Shown in pieces: positions 10,925 to 30,964 of a DNA stretch of 64,000 bases (its first letter is position 1; every line of letters starts with the position of its first letter). The stretch covers positions 1,727,324 through 1,791,323 of the forward strand of contig OZ316891.1 of the NCBI GenBank assembly GCA_973895155.1, in the 5' to 3' direction. The stretch comes from Marsupella aquatica. Taxonomy: Eukaryota; Plantae; Marchantiophyta. The notes under the pieces are model-generated. The model had not been told where the DNA came from. It saw nothing but the letters and a program-made list of their open reading frames with translations, and did no database searches. The translations under genes and the position numbers were made by a program.

Positions 10925-12171
10925 TTGTTCTTAATTATGAACGGGGTTATTCATTGTGCAGGGTCTTGAGTTGCTGAAGAAATCTTACTCGTATAAAGGA
11001 GTTTTCGAGCTTTTTATTTCAAGGGGGGGCACCTACAGCCCAAAGAATCGCAAGTTCAGATGCGAATTATGCAAACCCTTTCCTATCCCAGCACAAGATT
11101 TGGGATGGGATCCCATTCAACCTACAGCTCGAAGCTTGTCAGTTTCTAGAAACGAATTTTTGCGTAATCAAAATTTTCTTATATTCTGTAGCAAAGTGAG
11201 GGCTGTTGATAGACTGTCAGTCCCTGTGCAAGGAGAAAGAATGGGTGAGAGGGGAGAAATAACGGCCAGGTGAAATGTCCTCGGCGAGGACCTAGGGGTG
11301 ACAGGGGGAATGGCGGGCAAAACAAAATGGCCAGGCAAACGCAAACAATATACATTTTGTATCATGGATAACAAAAGCGGGTTACACTTTTCATGCAGCC
11401 TTGCTTAGACTAACGTAAACAAAACACTGAAGAGCGTGATGGTGAATGGGGAGCCACGAGGTCAGGCCTGCAGCTGCTTCGTGCAACGTGGATCTCAACT
11501 GGCTGGGATCTGCGTGCGGGCGGTGGTCGACTGTGAGTTACAATAAACGGGATTGGTAAGCTAAGAGTCATGTCGATACTATTTGGGGGGCAGCATAGGA
11601 AACATCTTCTGTAGTTTTGGGGCTAGGTTTATAATAATTAAAGTTCAGTTTTCTTGTCTTGAACGGAAATGAGGAAGAGCACAAAGAGAATTAAAGCTCA
11701 GTTTTGGGGGAAGCCTAGTACACGTCTTGTCTTCATATCCTCTGTCGAAGGGACTAAAAAGGTTGGAGCATTCAATGCTGGGAAATGGAACCATCTCAAC
11801 GTCTCAACGTCTCAACGCTCCAAATTAAATGCCACAATTTGCTTAGCTGCTAGCTTCGAACATCGGTAAAATCTATGTTACTATGGTAGATTCGAGATGG
11901 TGTCGGCAGGATCTCAACAACACTCATCCATAACTTGTAGTTTTGTGAATTTGACAGATGTTCGAAACAAGTGTCTCAATCTCAGTAGACTGCTTCGTTA
12001 CAAACAATGGAGGCTTTTTGACTGTGGCCGAGAGCTGGTCTCAATCCCCAGCAGGTCTACAGTACGCAAGAATGTGTTTGCATTGTCCTCACAGAAACAG
12101 TGCTCAACATTTCCCCTCCAGCTGCAATTTGGCTCGATTTCATCAACATCATTCTAGCGATCCTCCCCAAA

Positions 12172-12996
12172 ATGAGGCAAGTACGAGAGAATCTCTTCCT
12201 GGGGGACATCACAGATGCATATTCGGTTCTTCAATCGGCCCAGCCCAAAGTCACACACTTGCTCTCTGTATTTGCAGAGGAGCTTCTCTCCAGCCAGAAC
12301 TTCGGAAATCTTTGTTCTCTAGTTACAATAAATACTGCTTGGGCCCCCCGGTCCGTACCTGTCTTCTTCAATACAGGAAATCCTAGACCATCTCTCGAGG
12401 CCCCGGTTTGTGGAGCTGAGGTTGGCCAAGATGTAGCAAGCGAACGGGAGCTCATTCGGAAGACGGTGTCCTTGAGGGACATGGAATCCGAGAACTTGCT
12501 GGACCATCTGGAGTCGTGTCTCGAATTCATAGAAGAGGGGAGGAAGGCTCGAGGAGGTGTGCTAGTTCACTGCCTGGCTGGAATCTCTCGTAGTGCGTCT
12601 GTGGTCACAGCATATCTGATGAGAACTGAGAATCTTCCTTTAATTCATGCTCTGGCGTCTCTTCGTGAAGTGAGTGCAGCTGTCTGCCCTAACAATGGGT
12701 TCATCGATCAGCTGAGAATGTTTGAAGACATGGGTTATAGAGTCGATCAGGAGAGCCCCATTTACAAGCAGTTTCAGGCTACCACTTTGGCCAGCCGCGC
12801 CAAATGCACTCCCGGGTTCAATTGGCTCTCGTTTGGGGGACAGTCGTCGTTTATGAAGCACGTCCACAGTGTCGCTCCGCCAGGGAAGGGCGGGAAGTCA
12901 GTGGCAAAGGGCATTTCATCGAAAGATTCATCAGGTAATGCTCCCTTTCGGGTTTGGAACTTTCGTCTCTGGCGGAGACCGTTGGATCCCAAATGA
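12172..12996 (+). CDS. Dual-specificity phosphatase, DUSP12/YVH1-like, intronless and lacking the C-terminal zinc-binding domain
   Basis: ORF 12100-12996, likely ATG 12172 (MRQVRENLFLGDI). DSP motifs LRDMESENLLDHL, catalytic VHCLAGISRSASVVTAYLM, VCPNNGFIDQL. Homology ends at about YKQFQATTLA. Confidence 0.8.
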   Translation: MRQVRENLFLGDITDAYSVLQSAQPKVTHLLSVFAEELLSSQNFGNLCSLVTINTAWAPRSVPVFFNTGNPRPSLEAPVCGAEVGQDVASERELIRKTVSLRDMESENLLDHLESCLEFIEEGRKARGGVLVHCLAGISRSASVVTAYLMRTENLPLIHALASLREVSAAVCPNNGFIDQLRMFEDMGYRVDQESPIYKQFQATTLASRAKCTPGFNWLSFGGQSSFMKHVHSVAPPGKGGKSVAKGISSKDSSGNAPFRVWNFRLWRRPLDPK

Positions 12997-14418
12997 AACT
13001 TTGTTGATGACGTACACTTGTGCTTCTGGAGGCTTTGTCATTACAGAGAGTGTGCTGCCGAGGAGCCCTCATTCATTTCAAATGGATCAATATCATTTCT
13101 GGCTTTGGAGGGTATTATAATTGCAGATAGCTCTGGTTTGGAACACCCTTTCTCAAGGTCAGATAGGAGATGGACCAATCGAGCGTCTTCTGAAGGCTTG
13201 TCACTGTCACTGCAGAGACTCTCATGGGGGCGAGCTGGCATTCAGGTCAAAGATGCGACGAGTTGAATCTCTAGTGTTCCAGGGTGTTGTAATTGCAGAA
13301 AGCTCTTTGAACTAGACGAGCCCTCCATCCAGATCAAGGAGGAGATGAGGAACACTTGTGGCGTCTCAAGTTTAAGTGATTGCAAACAGCACTGATGTGA
13401 AACAGCCTTCATTTGCTTCTTCATGAACGCCACGGGTCATTCCGATCCGTCTAAATCAGTTGTGTTCTGGGATTACTGACATCGCGTCGCAAATTCGTAT
13501 GTACCTTTCTTAATGGACGCGATCTCGTTGACCTAGTGCTGTTAAGGGATTATCCGTGGGAAGACAGCTGAAGTGACCTTCGCCAGATGTTATGGGCCTT
13601 ATCACCGCTGGGAAGAAAGAAAGGGAGGGACTTTACGTGGGAAAGGTCTGTACTCATCTGGAGTAGCATTCTTTCTTCTGTTCTCTGAGACAGAGGGCTG
13701 ACTACTTGATGGCGAATGCGTTTGGACACTCTCACCCTCATCATCATTGATTGATACAATCCAGACTGTGAATGCGTTGTCTGCGCCCGTGCACCAATTG
13801 GTTGTGCTAAATTTCTCGCAAGAAGAGGATTTTTCAAGGTGCTCTCATTTTCTTCACGGTATCATTGCTGGCCTCAACAGCCGAATAGCTTCAATGCCGA
13901 CAGACGCATTAGACTAGAAAACCATGACATAAGCTCTGTTTCCAGTTGTCAAAACTTTCCAAGAATTGAAGAGCAGATAACATCCAAGGGACGGGATGGG
14001 ACTCCTGAGGTAGATGGGATCTGGCAGACGTATCTTGAGGTTACCAGCCCTGAGTTGGCAATTTTGTCTTAGTAGACTTGTTAAATTCATTTGTTTCCCA
14101 GACATCGTTGGATATCTGGAATTGAAGGTTTTCAGAAAGAGACTGGGCCCTTGATTTATAGAGATTTTCAGAGCAGAAAGGAATTCTCACCAGCTGCCTT
14201 TCGGCCAAGTCCAATCTGAAACGGATCGTTGTGTGTTGGTTGAGTGCTAGTGACACTACTTGGCTATACCCAAAACTTCTAGTCAGAGCACTTTCAAATA
14301 GTTTTCTACGTGTGACTATCGTCTCGTTTCTGGTTTGATGCATTTTGGACGAATGAACACAATCATGGACTACCACAAAGTGAAGTCGTGAGCTGGACAG
14401 GAACTTGACCAAGTCCAA
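12774..14418 (-). pseudogene. Decayed coding-like fragment antisense to the end of the DSP ORF
   Basis: Series of short S/D/E-rich minus-strand ORFs (12774-12992, 13041-13241, 13550-13837, 14041-14418) separated by stops and frameshifts. Confidence 0.3.
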
Positions 14419-14702
14419 TGGAGACTTTCTGGCAAGGAGCCCTATGATGGATCTACTAGATAGCTAGGGGACTCTGGGTGATGATCTAATCCAAGGGCTG
14501 ATTAGTAGGCAGAGGCATATGGAAGGCCACAACAGTGGGGCACAAGGCATTAAGGGGAACGGAAAATTACAACAGAAGATTTGTTTGCATCCTTTGACCA
14601 CATTCAAGATATAAAGGAGCATTGGATCATTCTATAGGATCCTTATCGCCAACATGTTCAAAGCTGGGACTGACCACAGTGGAATGAAGTATTGAACCTT
14701 CC

Positions 14703-14797
14703 TGACAGTTGGGACAATACCATAATACACCATATTGTCACATTTTGATGACAGTTGGGACAATACCGTAATACACCATATTGTCACATTTTGATGA
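14703..14797. repeat. ~46-bp direct tandem duplication
   Basis: tgacagttgggacaatacc(a/g)taatacaccatattgtcacattttgatga occurs twice. Confidence 0.85.
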
Positions 14798-16526
14798 GCA
14801 ATTACATCAACAACTGACAGCCAGTACACTCTGTGAATCAAACAAAATAATTGGGTGTGTCTTGGTGTGGAGGACTCAGATTATTAAACAGACTAATTAG
14901 GCTTATCCTGGTATGGAGTGACAATGCCATACTACAACACTCAGTGAATTAAACCGAATAATTGCGTTTACTTGGTCAGGAAGTGACAATGCCATGGTAC
15001 ACAGTATATTGACACATTTTGATGAGCAATTACCACGACACTTAAATTGACTTGATCAACCCAGTAAAGGATCTGGAGGAAATCAGGGGGAGAAGAGAAG
15101 AGAAGAGAACCCAAATGTGGCGACAAATATTTGTGAACAGCATCGTTCATTTCCCAAGAAATAGAATGCACGGTCAGCACCCTGTCGTGACCAGGCCTTC
15201 ATTGTTTGTCAAGGAATACTGCTTACTGTACAAATCGGAGGTTTCATTAGAAAGCTAAACTCGTCGGTTACCATCATGGCCACAAAGGAATGCCACATTC
15301 GTGATCCACAGAATCCAGAATAACAGTTTCTCTCCAACTCTTGTGACTGAGGGTAATTGATGTATAGGGACTCTGAAAGACCTGAATCGCATTCATTTCG
15401 GAAGGTATGAAGTGTAACACAACTCGTGTGATTGCAAACAAAACAATAGAAATCCAAAGATATTTTCGCCTTCGCAATCAACATTGATGCTTGCAGTGAT
15501 ATCCCAATATGCTCATACTCCCATCATTCGAGGTGTTTAAAAATAAAATGTTACAACAGGCATCAGAGCAGCTCTTTCATAATTGTGTACTGCGATGGGT
15601 CTTAACATGCCTGCAGTTGCCAAGTCTAACCTGCCGATGGGCAACATGAAAGATTGGCGCCTCCAGTTAACAATGAACGGACCATTGCTTTAGATTATTA
15701 TCACGACTTAGAAAGGAACTTCCTCAATAGTTGCTCCGTTCTTGTACAAACCCAATGACTCCCGAAGCTGAATCAATATATAAAACAAGCTTCTACAAGT
15801 CATCATCCTCAACCAGCTCAAGTGAGAATGATAGTTTCATTAGCTACCATTGCCACAGAGGTTTGGATCTTCCTACCATTCATTCCTACTGAGCTGAACC
15901 TATACTGCGAACCATGCAGTGACATTCTACAAGTTATTTGCATAATTGTGGCAACTTCAAAGGCAGCGCTTTGCGTTTTGCCTTAACTCTTCAGGTACAG
16001 GACCGTTGGCAGGTACCGAACTTGGATACTGAACTGACAAACCATCTAGTACTGAAGCATATACCAGCATGATCCAAAGCCACGACACGATCAATCCAAC
16101 GTTCATACTCAGCTCCCTAGTTGTAATGGCGAAGTAGATGACCTGAGTATTCCAATCTGCTCTACTCATTGACCTGTGCTGGTCAGCGTTGTCATTTCCT
16201 TCGGAAACGAACTGCCACATACTGTGGCCGGTGTGGGCAGCAACATTGACTTCACCCCATTGATCACACTTGAAAGAGAATATATCGACACCAGAGGAGC
16301 ACGTTGCTCTCACTAGGAAAACTAATACAAACGTCAGGGAAGTTACCAGTCGACCTCAGTGGATGGAGGTCTGAACAAATGCATCATAAGAATCCTTTCG
16401 TCAAAAGAATTGTAAACTAGGACATCCACCTCACGAAGTATCAGCCAAACCATGGATTCAGATTGAATATCTCGCCCACCCCATAGATAAGCATTTCGTC
16501 AAACTATAATTAGCTGGTATAACAAA

Positions 16527-24361
<7,835 letters not shown>

Positions 24362-25580
24362 CTTCTCGTTCGACATCGCCTGGGTGTAACCACAGTTGAA
24401 TTAGATATGGACTCGTAATCAAGAAGTCCTAAGCACAGGCCGATCATTCACGGAAAAGCCCCTCCTGACAGATCTAGAGCCAATCGTACGCTTTAGGTTT
24501 TAATCAACACTCCAGTCGGGGTAACCCTGTAAACCAACCGTGGGCAGACATCCAGTGTGCCCTAAACCTCCATGGAAGTTCAGTCCTTCGTTCATCCCTC
24601 TCCCACACAGTGCAACGACCACAGCAGCAGCCCTCTTCCGAGTAAGGGCACATTACATCGAATGCCACATCACAATTCACGGTCCTGACCTTAAAAGCCA
24701 GGAAACGCGCGTGATTTGTAAATTGAAATGCTGTGCGTACAGTGTAGATAATTACATTCTGAAAGTTTTTTGGGGGGGAGGGGAGGTTTACAGAACCCAC
24801 CCCGAAGAACTTTCGCACCGCATTACTGGGAGGGAGCCGCGAAATATGTGAATTATCTGGCGTGTTAAGTAGACATCCCGACAAGATCAAGCTGTAGATG
24901 TATGACTACCTACCGTGAAATGCTTTCCTGAAAGCTCGAGGACAAACCCTATTCCCTCATAAGATGAAAATGGACGTACATAGTCCAACGAAAGGCAAAA
25001 CTCGTCACAATCTGAATATATCATCATTAGACAGGTTAAGACTGCACTGTCGCCCTTACCATAACTTGCTCTGCTCGCTTCTTATGCTTCTAACCCTTCT
25101 CGTCCCCTTTCTCCTTCTTCTCTATCATTCATTCATTCTTTCCTCCTAAACCTTCCTTGCCTTCCGCATATATAAACTCGTCTACATGTAAACCCTGTTC
25201 TTCTGTTTCCCTCGAGCCCAAACTACTGCGGCATTGGCATCGTCATCCTAGGGCCCCGCATCCCTGCCGTTGTCTCCCGCTTCTTCCGCCATTCCAGAAT
25301 GAGCCTCCTCCTGCTCCCAATCCCGTTCACGTTCCTGTCCACCCCGTCCGCTCCACCTGCCATTATCATCCTCCTCCGACGCAACCCAAACCTTCTGCAG
25401 CTACTGTCCCTCATAGCCAATTATCACTATGTCCTCCCATCAGCGAGCACGAAATCAGGAGCATGAGCAAGCTGCGCGGGCAGGCAACAATTGCCTCTGC
25501 CGTTGTCTTTATCTGTCTCACAAGGCAGGTAACAGCAATCTCTCAACCTCTCACCCTCTCACCCTCGCAGGCAACGACAA

Positions 25581-25585
<5 letters not shown>

Positions 25586-25617
<32 letters not shown>
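25586..25617. repeat. (CT)n microsatellite
   Basis: Direct reading. Confidence 0.9.
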
Positions 25618-25622
<5 letters not shown>

Positions 25623-25986
25623 GTGGTCTGGTCTAGTGTCTTCTAATCGAATCTACTTCGCTGACTCGCCCTTCATGTCCCTCGCCTCGCTCCTCGTGCG
25701 TTGCGTCCTGTTTGCTTCATTGCTTGCCCGACGGGTCACTCATCACTCGCCAGTCTACTCCTGCGCGTCCGCCATGAACATGAAAAATGTGGAGACCGCA
25801 GAGAGAGAAGAGAGAAGAGAGAAGCAGCCATGCCCCCTGCCCCAAAGGCGCAGTGTGGGACTCGGCAGGAAAGGCCTGGTGGAGGACGCACCTAACAAGG
25901 AAAGGAACAAGACTACAGTTGAGAGACTAGGGTTGCCCATTGATAGTCCTTGCCCCCTCTTTCTTTTGTAAGTCGCTACTGTAGAC

Positions 25987-26309
25987 CTAAAGGTAGAGTT
26001 CATGAGCCACTATTAGGGGCTCTCAAACCTCACAAATTGATGAAGTAGTCTAAAGGTAGAGTTCATGAGCCACTATTTAGGGGAATAGTGGCTCTCAAAC
26101 CTCACAAATTGATGGAGTAGTCTAAAGGTAGAGTTCATGAGCCACTATTTAGGGGCTCTCAAACCTCACAAATTGATGGAGTAGTCTAAAGGTAGAGTTC
26201 ATGAGCCACTATTTAGGGGCTCTCAAACCTCACAAATTGATGGAGTAGTCTAAAGGTAGAGTTCATGAGCCATTATTTAGGGGCTCTCAAACCTCACAAA
26301 TTGATGGAG
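25987..26309. repeat. ~64-bp tandem minisatellite, 5 copies plus degenerate copies to ~26540
   Basis: ctaaaggtagagttcatgagcc starts at 25987, 26050, 26122, 26186 and 26250; copy 2 has an 8-bp insertion. Confidence 0.9.
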
Positions 26310-29199
26310 CTTGACTACTAAGTTATGCTTATGGACTGAATTGGCCTCTTTTTTCTTAAATCGCTAGTAGAACCTGGAGGTAGAGTTCATGAGCCATTAG
26401 GGGATCTCAAAATTCAAAAAGTGATGGACCTTAAGTAAAGTTATGGTTATGGGCGGAGCCATTTGGGGTTCTCAAACCTCAGAAATTTATGGACCTTAAT
26501 TACTAAGTTAAGATTATGGACAGAAAAAGTGATGGACTTCAAAATTCATAATCCATAACTTTTTATAAAGATCATTGGTCATATGGCAGGAGAATAAGTC
26601 AATGCAAAGGCTAGTGAAAATATATATATATATATAACCCCGTGAAAAAGCTATGGCCAAAGTCATCATCTGTAACTATGAAGCTTTGAGAGGCCCATTA
26701 GAATCACTAGCCTAAGTATCCGTGCTAAGGGCTCCCCTTACTTACCCAAACTCCATGCCCATCTTGTTCACAAGCATAACTCTGAACATCAAATATTTAT
26801 GAACCCCCGAGTTTTTCTCAAAGTTCCACCACTCATGCACCACAACTTGACTTTACAATTAATCCGTGGACCCCCATGTTCATCCAAGGAATGTTTGTGT
26901 GATTAAGTGAATCAATTTTCATCAAGGCGGTAACCAATGGTTTTGAGTCTCCCGATAGTGTTGGTGTGTGCTCGTACAAAAACAAATGCTCAAAAGATAG
27001 AGATCTATCAAACGGAAGGTTGAATGTGGAGGAATTGAGCTTTCTTATAGGTTTTGCTTACACATTGGAAAAATCATCTTTCAATCATTCTTGATTGATT
27101 GTTTGTGAGTTACATTGAGCATTACCGCCACAAGACAGACTAGAGCACAACACTCAACTGTTGGCAAAAGAGCGCTTGTCAATTTGGTGGGAAAAATACA
27201 CAAAACAAACGAGCCGTCACTTCAAACAAAGGATTTGTAGTTATTTTTATTTAAAAAAGTTATGGTGTGAGGGGAAGACCAACAATTGTTTCTTTGACAT
27301 AGAGGCTGCATTTGGCGTCAACCTGTGTTTAGAGTGAGCTTTAGTTGAAGAATATCTAAGAAATGCAAACAATTCAAGTCAGGAAGCAAGCATTGTGGAC
27401 AAGCGATGGTGACGTAATCAAAGAAATCAATTTGTAGCGGCTAAGTTTGTGACGGTGACAAGATTGTGATATCTCTTAATCGTGAAAGGGTTTCCAATGA
27501 GCCTCAAATTGATAAATTTTGTCAAGTTTCATATGAGTTTTTGAATATCTTTGCCTTTCCAATGAGTGTTAGTATAAATTTTTTTGATTATCAGTTCATG
27601 AATTCTTTTAGCTTTCTAATATTGAGTCTGACATTTACAAATTTTATGCCAGATTTTGTCACGGTACTCAGAGATCAGGAGGTGTTCAAACTTTTTAACT
27701 TTCTAATGTGTGACATTGAGATTATTTGTCAAGAAATAGAGAGATCATGAGTATCTAAATTTCTCTAGCTTTCCAATGAAACTAACATTGATAGATTTTG
27801 TCAAGTACTAAGGAGATGATGAGTTTTTAATTTTACTCTAGCTTTCCAATGAGTGACATTGAGAAATTTTATCAAGACATTACTAAAGAGATCACGAGTT
27901 TCTAAATCTTGATCTTGAATTTTCCAATGAATCAAACATTGGCAAATTTTATCAATTACTAAGGAGATTTATTATTTAGTTTTACAATGTGAAGCCAATG
28001 GGTTTTAATTATGTACATTTCTATCAATTGATTTTTTCAAACTTACAAACAATTAAAAAATACAAGCATTTTGATATAAAACACTGATATATTTTTGACA
28101 AACATCAAAATGGTAACTTTGTTTTACTAAATGACATCTCTTCCTTTATATTTTGGTTTTTTTACGTTTAATATTTACGGCATGGCGCCCCAAAAATTAC
28201 GTTGTTTTTGCCACAAACAGGAATGTGCACGTTTGTTATTGTTAAAAGTAGGATCATTCCTGTTTGTGGCTAGTTGTGATGATGTGGCGCAACCTCATGG
28301 CAGAGAATTTGCAAGAGACCCCTAATGGGGGTCCGTAAATAGGTATGTTGCCTCAACTTCCTTTTGTGTTTTAATTTGCTTACTGCTGGTTATACTCATG
28401 GTACTCAGAAAATTTGGGTGAAAAAGAGACACTCATCAGTCTATTTGATATTTTCTATTTGGCACATTCTAAAGAGTGAGCTTCCCATCCAAATATTTTG
28501 CCTATCAGTCAGAACTAAGCTTGTACTAACCCCTCATTCTGAGCCTCAGGCATCCAAACCTTATGCCTAAGTTGCACATGTATTACAACTGTTTTTCTGG
28601 GTCATCTGGTATATGTCCCTGTGGACCCAGCTGTGGACAGACAGATGGAAGGATAGGCCAGGAAAAGCAGGGTGGAAAAGGGACCATAGTTTGTTGATTG
28701 ATATTTATGATATTCCTGGTGATATTCATTTCAAATAATTATTTTGGTACTGGTTATAGTCATGCAGTGGGTTACAACTAATGCGCCAAGGGGATAAATT
28801 TGTGGGCTCCAATCCCTTCCCCGCCACCCCGCCGCCCCCCTCCCCCCCGCCCCCCCAAATAAAAAACTCAGGCTCTAATCCTTTGGGATCAGGGGCTAGA
28901 ATGACAACACTTTTTGCAAAATCACACAGCCACTATATATGACAACCCAATTGAAACAACAGTTGACTTTCAAAACCACTACATAGTGACAGTGACATCC
29001 CAACCTCAAGCAGAACACATTGAGAGTGATAAATTGTGCAATGTATGGACATTGGCTCCAAAGATCACCTTGGTTTCCTCCACGCCACTAATTCTTTTCT
29101 TCAATGACTTCCTCCACAACTTACAACATTTTCTCTACAATATACGCATGTTGGGGTGTCGTTGTACTAACAAGATATATATGGCGACAATGTCGTGCA

Positions 29200-29508
29200 A
29201 TACATGAGCAATGGGCTATTAACACATCATGGCCTTACTTTTGTATTCCAACATCTTAGTACACATATGTCTTCATTGGGAGGATTGATTTTTATTCTTT
29301 GACAATTTTCAGTACACTAAACTTGCGAATTTCATAATGTCATTGCAATGCAATGGCCACAATCCTTGCCTCACATGCATTTCTTTGTCAAGTCTCAACA
29401 TCTGTTCCTCCCTTTGATATCTTTGTCCCTCAACATCTTTACCTGATCACAAGTTGTGTCTTTGCCACTCCTCAACATCTTTTGCGCAACGCACATGCAT
29501 CGGGCTAG
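29200..29508 (+). mobile_element. Helitron-like 3' end
   Basis: tgcgcaacgca hairpin followed by catgcatcgggCTAG|t at 29505-29508; similar motif at 39844-39870. Confidence 0.4.
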
Positions 29509-30964
29509 TTCTTACATAATACTAATTAATAGGGTGAACTTTGTAGCTCATATCTTGCACCTTTGACATCTCGTTTGACATGGGCACATTTATAGTTGTC
29601 GTTCATTCCTAATGAAGCTTTAATGAGAAGCCAATCTTAGCTCACCTTGCTCAGGACCCATTCTAGACATAGTTGAGGACGGGATTGAGCATGGGAGATT
29701 TGGGAATGTGAGCAAACTATTTGCTCAAATGACTTAGTTTGGAATGGGGTTTGCAAATAATAAATTATGCAGTTTTTTGCTGATGTCACAACCAAACTAG
29801 TATAGCAAAATGATTATGTATGGTTTTTGAATAAACAAGGTTAACTTGCCATCTCTAGGGTTTTGAAGTTAGCAGCCTCCAATCTTTATACTTTGTTGCA
29901 CAGTGTGTGAACCCCCTAAGTGTCAACAATCAGCCACAACAACATGCAATTGTGCCAGTTTTCCCTTATTGTCTTGTTTAAAAAAGTGAAATGGGTGGAA
30001 CCTCAAAGATTTAACAAGCAACCACTACAACATGCAATTTTGCCAAAACTCCTCCATCGTCTATTTTAAAAAAGGAAATGGGTGGGATTAAAATAATACT
30101 GACCAAACATTGAAATCATGTTTATTCCACACTGTTCAATCAACCCCCAAAAAGGTCTCACCGACCCTTGAGGCCATGCTCAATCCCTCCCTGACCCCAA
30201 ACTCCCTGATGCGCATCTGGGAGGAGAGAACGAGGGAGAGCCGGGAGGTCAAGGGGAGCACGAGAGTGAGTTTAAGAGGAATTTTGTGAAACCTCACAGA
30301 AAGGGAAGAGTATGCCACTATAGTTGAACTGCCACTATAGTTAAACCCAAGACCTATTAGTCTCTAATCAGGTGAACTACCACAAAGTCATGCTTCTCTG
30401 GGCACACTCAGTCATGCTTCTCTGGGCACACTCAGGAACTTGACCATTAAATATGGAAGACCTGGTAAAGGGAAACAACTGAGTACTGTAGCCATATCAA
30501 GATGCATGTGTTCTGTAGAGACAGTCAATTTAACTTGCTCTAAAGGCAACAGAAATGGCAAGAGGTCAAAGACAACAATTCAAGCATCAAAACAAGAAAC
30601 TTGCTAGCGCCACACAAATCACCTCCATTTTTGCAGTGCTGATGTGGAAATTATTTTTAGCACTTGGAGGAAATGGGGAATGACCTTGGATGGATAGAAA
30701 ACGTATAGTAACTTGCCTGCATTTTCATATTCCAAATTGCCCGAAGTCCTTACTATCACTGGAGCATTGTTTCATTATATCAACACCATGTCTCTACAGC
30801 AGGGAGGATATCAGCCACATCAACTACTAATCTTGAGCTGATACAAGTCAATTTGCCACTGCCACTGCTGCCATCACCAGCTGGACGTAATACTGTTTCC
30901 AGTCATCAAGATTAGTTGATCGTGGCGGACATCACCCCAACAACGGATTCTGACGCGCTACCAC

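Noticed and set aside
25157-26003. GC-rich ORFs (159 aa, 180 aa) divergent from RRC1
   Set aside because: No recognisable domain, run through a CT microsatellite, one lacks an ATG start
25987-26309. CRISPR-like regular repeat
   Set aside because: Units are identical end to end with no unique spacers
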